Below, piece after piece: positions 43,889 to 45,986 of a DNA stretch of 45,986 bases. The position numbers were made by a program, and so were the translations under genes. Positions within the stretch are counted from its first letter, which is position 1, and every line of letters begins with the position of its first letter. Source of the DNA: a virus (taxonomy: Duplodnaviria; Caudoviricetes); IMG/VR virus record IMGVR_UViG_3300026081_000341, positions 1-45,986 of that record, one strand, 5' to 3'. The notes beneath the pieces are model-generated. The model had not been told where the DNA came from and did no database searches. It saw only the letters and a program-made list of their open reading frames with translations.

Positions 43889-45628
43889 ATGGGATCTAGA
43901 GGAAGAATATTAGGTAGAGTCGCAGGACAAACTGGATTAGCAGTGACAGGTGCTAAAGGCGTTAAGACTGCTTCGAATGATTCAGATGGTTTAGGAACAG
44001 GAGATGCCGGTGATCTCAAGTTTGCCACTAATAGAAAAACACTTCATTTGTATGACGGTAACGAATGGGACAGGATAGCAGGAGGCACTGATGCAGATCC
44101 AGTAATTGTAACTGATGCAACCAATGCTGCCGTTTCTGGAACAACAGACTCGGCTAGACAAACATTTAAAGTTGTTGATCCAGAAGGATTTCCAATATCG
44201 TATAGTATAACCTATATGAGAGACAGCGATAAAAAATTCTTTACGAATGATTCATCGAATCTTCCTCCTCCTCTAGCTCATCCAGCCATTATAACAAAAG
44301 CAATAGACGGTACCGCAACTTATAGATTTTTAAATCGAACAGCAGAATCAGATGGAAGTGGTAATTCTACAAAAGATCTTTATAAAGCCAGATACATGGG
44401 AAGTGATGGTGCAAGGCACGCAGTATCTACAAAGAATTTTCAGTTGTCATTTGGTGCTTACACGATGACTGATTTTGTTTTTCAGACTGCCCAAACTTCC
44501 GGACCACGTGGACCTAATCTCGCACGAGCACTGGCGTTTTATGACACTTCAACACATTCGTGGTTGAATGATACAAATTACTATAATATATTGACGGGAT
44601 TTGCACAGGGTGTTCAGCTATGGAAACCACCAGCCGACGGTAATTATACAATAGAAATGGCTGGAGCTCAAGGTGGGAGATCAAATTATAGATATGCTGA
44701 GGGATATAATTACCCAACCTCTCCTGGTGGATTTGGTGCTAAGGTTACAGCAACTTTAACTCTCAGTGGATCAGCATTTTATGCTATCGGAGTTGGACAA
44801 TTACCACAGAATAGGCAAGCATCATACTTAGATATTGGTGTTGGTACTGGATCAGGAGTTCCAGACGGAGGTTGGAGCTGGTACACTAATCCTGCGTATG
44901 ATGCAAGTGGAACACTAGACACAACACCATATCCAGCGGAAGCACATGGCGAAACATATTATCATGCTGATGTTGGAATGTTTCATGGAGGCGGCGGGGC
45001 TAGCTGGATTGGGGTTTATGATGGTACTTCAACAGGTGCTGATAATGATATCATTTCAACGATACCATTACTAGTTGCTGGCGGCGGTGGATCTATTAGA
45101 GGTGGTACTGCTGATGCAACTCTACCAGCTTCTCTTACAGCAGCTCATGCAGCATTAACTGGCGATGCAAATCAGGGTAAGAATGGAACATTTAACAGTA
45201 ATAATACTGGGGGTTCAAATGGAAACGGATCTCCTAATGGTCCTGGAAGTAGATCGGGCAGTGGTGGAGCTGGTTGGCTATCTGATCATTCTGGTACCAT
45301 CGACACTGCAAATCAGCGTTATGAAAATGGTTATGCAGCTCAAGCGCTTAGAACTGGTGGACAAGGTGCTTCAATGACACAATTCGACTATTCCTATGGT
45401 TACCCAGGAGGTGGTTTTGGTGGTGGCGGACACGGTGGTTATGGCGGATCTGGTGGTGGAGGAGGATACTCTGGAGGAGGATCTGGTGGTAATACACCCG
45501 AACCTTATAATAGAGGTGGTGGAGGTGGAAGTAGTTTTATTACTTCAAACTCAACATACAATCCAACCTTAGTCAGTGAATCAGCTACTCATGGACATGA
45601 AGGCTACGTGAAAGTAACAAAACTATAG
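43889..45628 (+). CDS. Modular fibre/adhesin with glycine-rich C-terminal domain
   Basis: N-terminal ~180 aa nearly the same as the upstream gene; QLWKPP...YTIEMAGAQGG, LLVAGGGG, GGFGGGG, GYVKVT. Confidence 0.75.
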   Translation: MGSRGRILGRVAGQTGLAVTGAKGVKTASNDSDGLGTGDAGDLKFATNRKTLHLYDGNEWDRIAGGTDADPVIVTDATNAAVSGTTDSARQTFKVVDPEGFPISYSITYMRDSDKKFFTNDSSNLPPPLAHPAIITKAIDGTATYRFLNRTAESDGSGNSTKDLYKARYMGSDGARHAVSTKNFQLSFGAYTMTDFVFQTAQTSGPRGPNLARALAFYDTSTHSWLNDTNYYNILTGFAQGVQLWKPPADGNYTIEMAGAQGGRSNYRYAEGYNYPTSPGGFGAKVTATLTLSGSAFYAIGVGQLPQNRQASYLDIGVGTGSGVPDGGWSWYTNPAYDASGTLDTTPYPAEAHGETYYHADVGMFHGGGGASWIGVYDGTSTGADNDIISTIPLLVAGGGGSIRGGTADATLPASLTAAHAALTGDANQGKNGTFNSNNTGGSNGNGSPNGPGSRSGSGGAGWLSDHSGTIDTANQRYENGYAAQALRTGGQGASMTQFDYSYGYPGGGFGGGGHGGYGGSGGGGGYSGGGSGGNTPEPYNRGGGGGSSFITSNSTYNPTLVSESATHGHEGYVKVTKL

Positions 45629-45644
45629 AAAAGGATAATGAAGT

Positions 45645-45986
45645 TTGCCAACTATATCATTAATAAATGATTCTGGTAGTTTACCAACCGGACTTAATGC
45701 ATCTCCTGGAGACCAAGCGTTCGTAAAAGACGCTAGCATGCGCTATCATTTTATAGATTTATCATTAGTGTCGTCTCGGTCGTTAACTTTCGACGGATCA
45801 AGCGTAGTAGTAGATAAGATAGATTCATCAGGAAACTCTCCGAGTACCAGTCCGTTTACAAGCACTGAAAATTTTAGTCAATCTCAATTTAATTATGTAA
45901 TAGGTGGTGATGCAACTAAGACTTTGGTATCGTATACTATTGATTCGAATCAGATAACACCTATAAGTCATAATCGATACAGAGGG
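45645..45986 (+). CDS. Further fibre-anchor paralogue (3'-truncated by window edge; not in ORF track)
   Basis: TTG start; frame open to the window end; INDSGSLPTGLNASPGDQAFVKD matches the anchor motif. Confidence 0.6.
   Translation, partial: MPTISLINDSGSLPTGLNASPGDQAFVKDASMRYHFIDLSLVSSRSLTFDGSSVVVDKIDSSGNSPSTSPFTSTENFSQSQFNYVIGGDATKTLVSYTIDSNQITPISHNRYRG

Noticed and set aside
239-45377. Numerous short overlapping or antisense ORFs in the ORF track (e.g. 9062-9427, 23501-23851, 31866-32171, 32801-33301, 42132-42542)
   Set aside because: They lie within well-supported genes, lack RBS or motifs, and have the composition expected of shadow frames.
41940-45530. GGN-rich low-complexity tracts as tandem repeats or CRISPR-like arrays
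   Set aside because: Explained by glycine-rich coding; no constant repeat-spacer structure and no cas genes were seen.
17297-45986. Diversity-generating retroelement acting on the adhesin tips
   Set aside because: No reverse transcriptase and no template/variable repeat pair with adenine-specific differences is visible; the shared sequence is N-terminal and differs largely at synonymous sites.

Overview
This 46-kb AT-rich window is part of a large T4-like (myovirus-type) phage genome. The evidence is T4-type early promoters (GTTTAC/GTGTAC-17-TGTGGTAnnnT), TATAAATA late promoters, T4 RNase H, a gp30.2-like HAD enzyme, a spanin pair, PhoH, glutaredoxin and a class II ribonucleotide reductase. 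The host is probably an aquatic Gram-negative bacterium (inference). Layout: (1) 1-7.5 kb is an accessory/early island with a benzoate-CoA-ligase-like enzyme, a 2OG-Fe(II) oxygenase, DoxX, DUF932, a PiT-type phosphate transporter and small early genes. (2) 7.5-15.4 kb is a late cluster of probable capsid-internal proteins, including a KxDG ligase-like protein and a HIGH-type nucleotidyltransferase. (3) 15.4-31.9 kb and 41.3-46 kb hold about ten paralogous modular fibre/adhesin genes, plus spanins and membrane proteins. (4) 31.9-41.3 kb covers nucleotide metabolism, repair and endolysin. The most unusual element is a late-promoter cassette at 3997-5029 on the minus strand. It encodes a class IIb (Asn/Asp-type) aminoacyl-tRNA synthetase catalytic domain with no anticodon-binding domain. 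Four nt downstream is a well-folded but non-canonical tRNA: GUU (Asn) anticodon, U37, and a Leu/Ser/Tyr-like long variable arm and D-arm. This is a candidate self-contained, orthogonal synthetase/tRNA pair. Also notable are a 3'-UTR element complementary to the shared leader of three early genes and strong Asp-Ser enrichment in fibre proteins. All family assignments are from motif recognition by eye; no database search was run.
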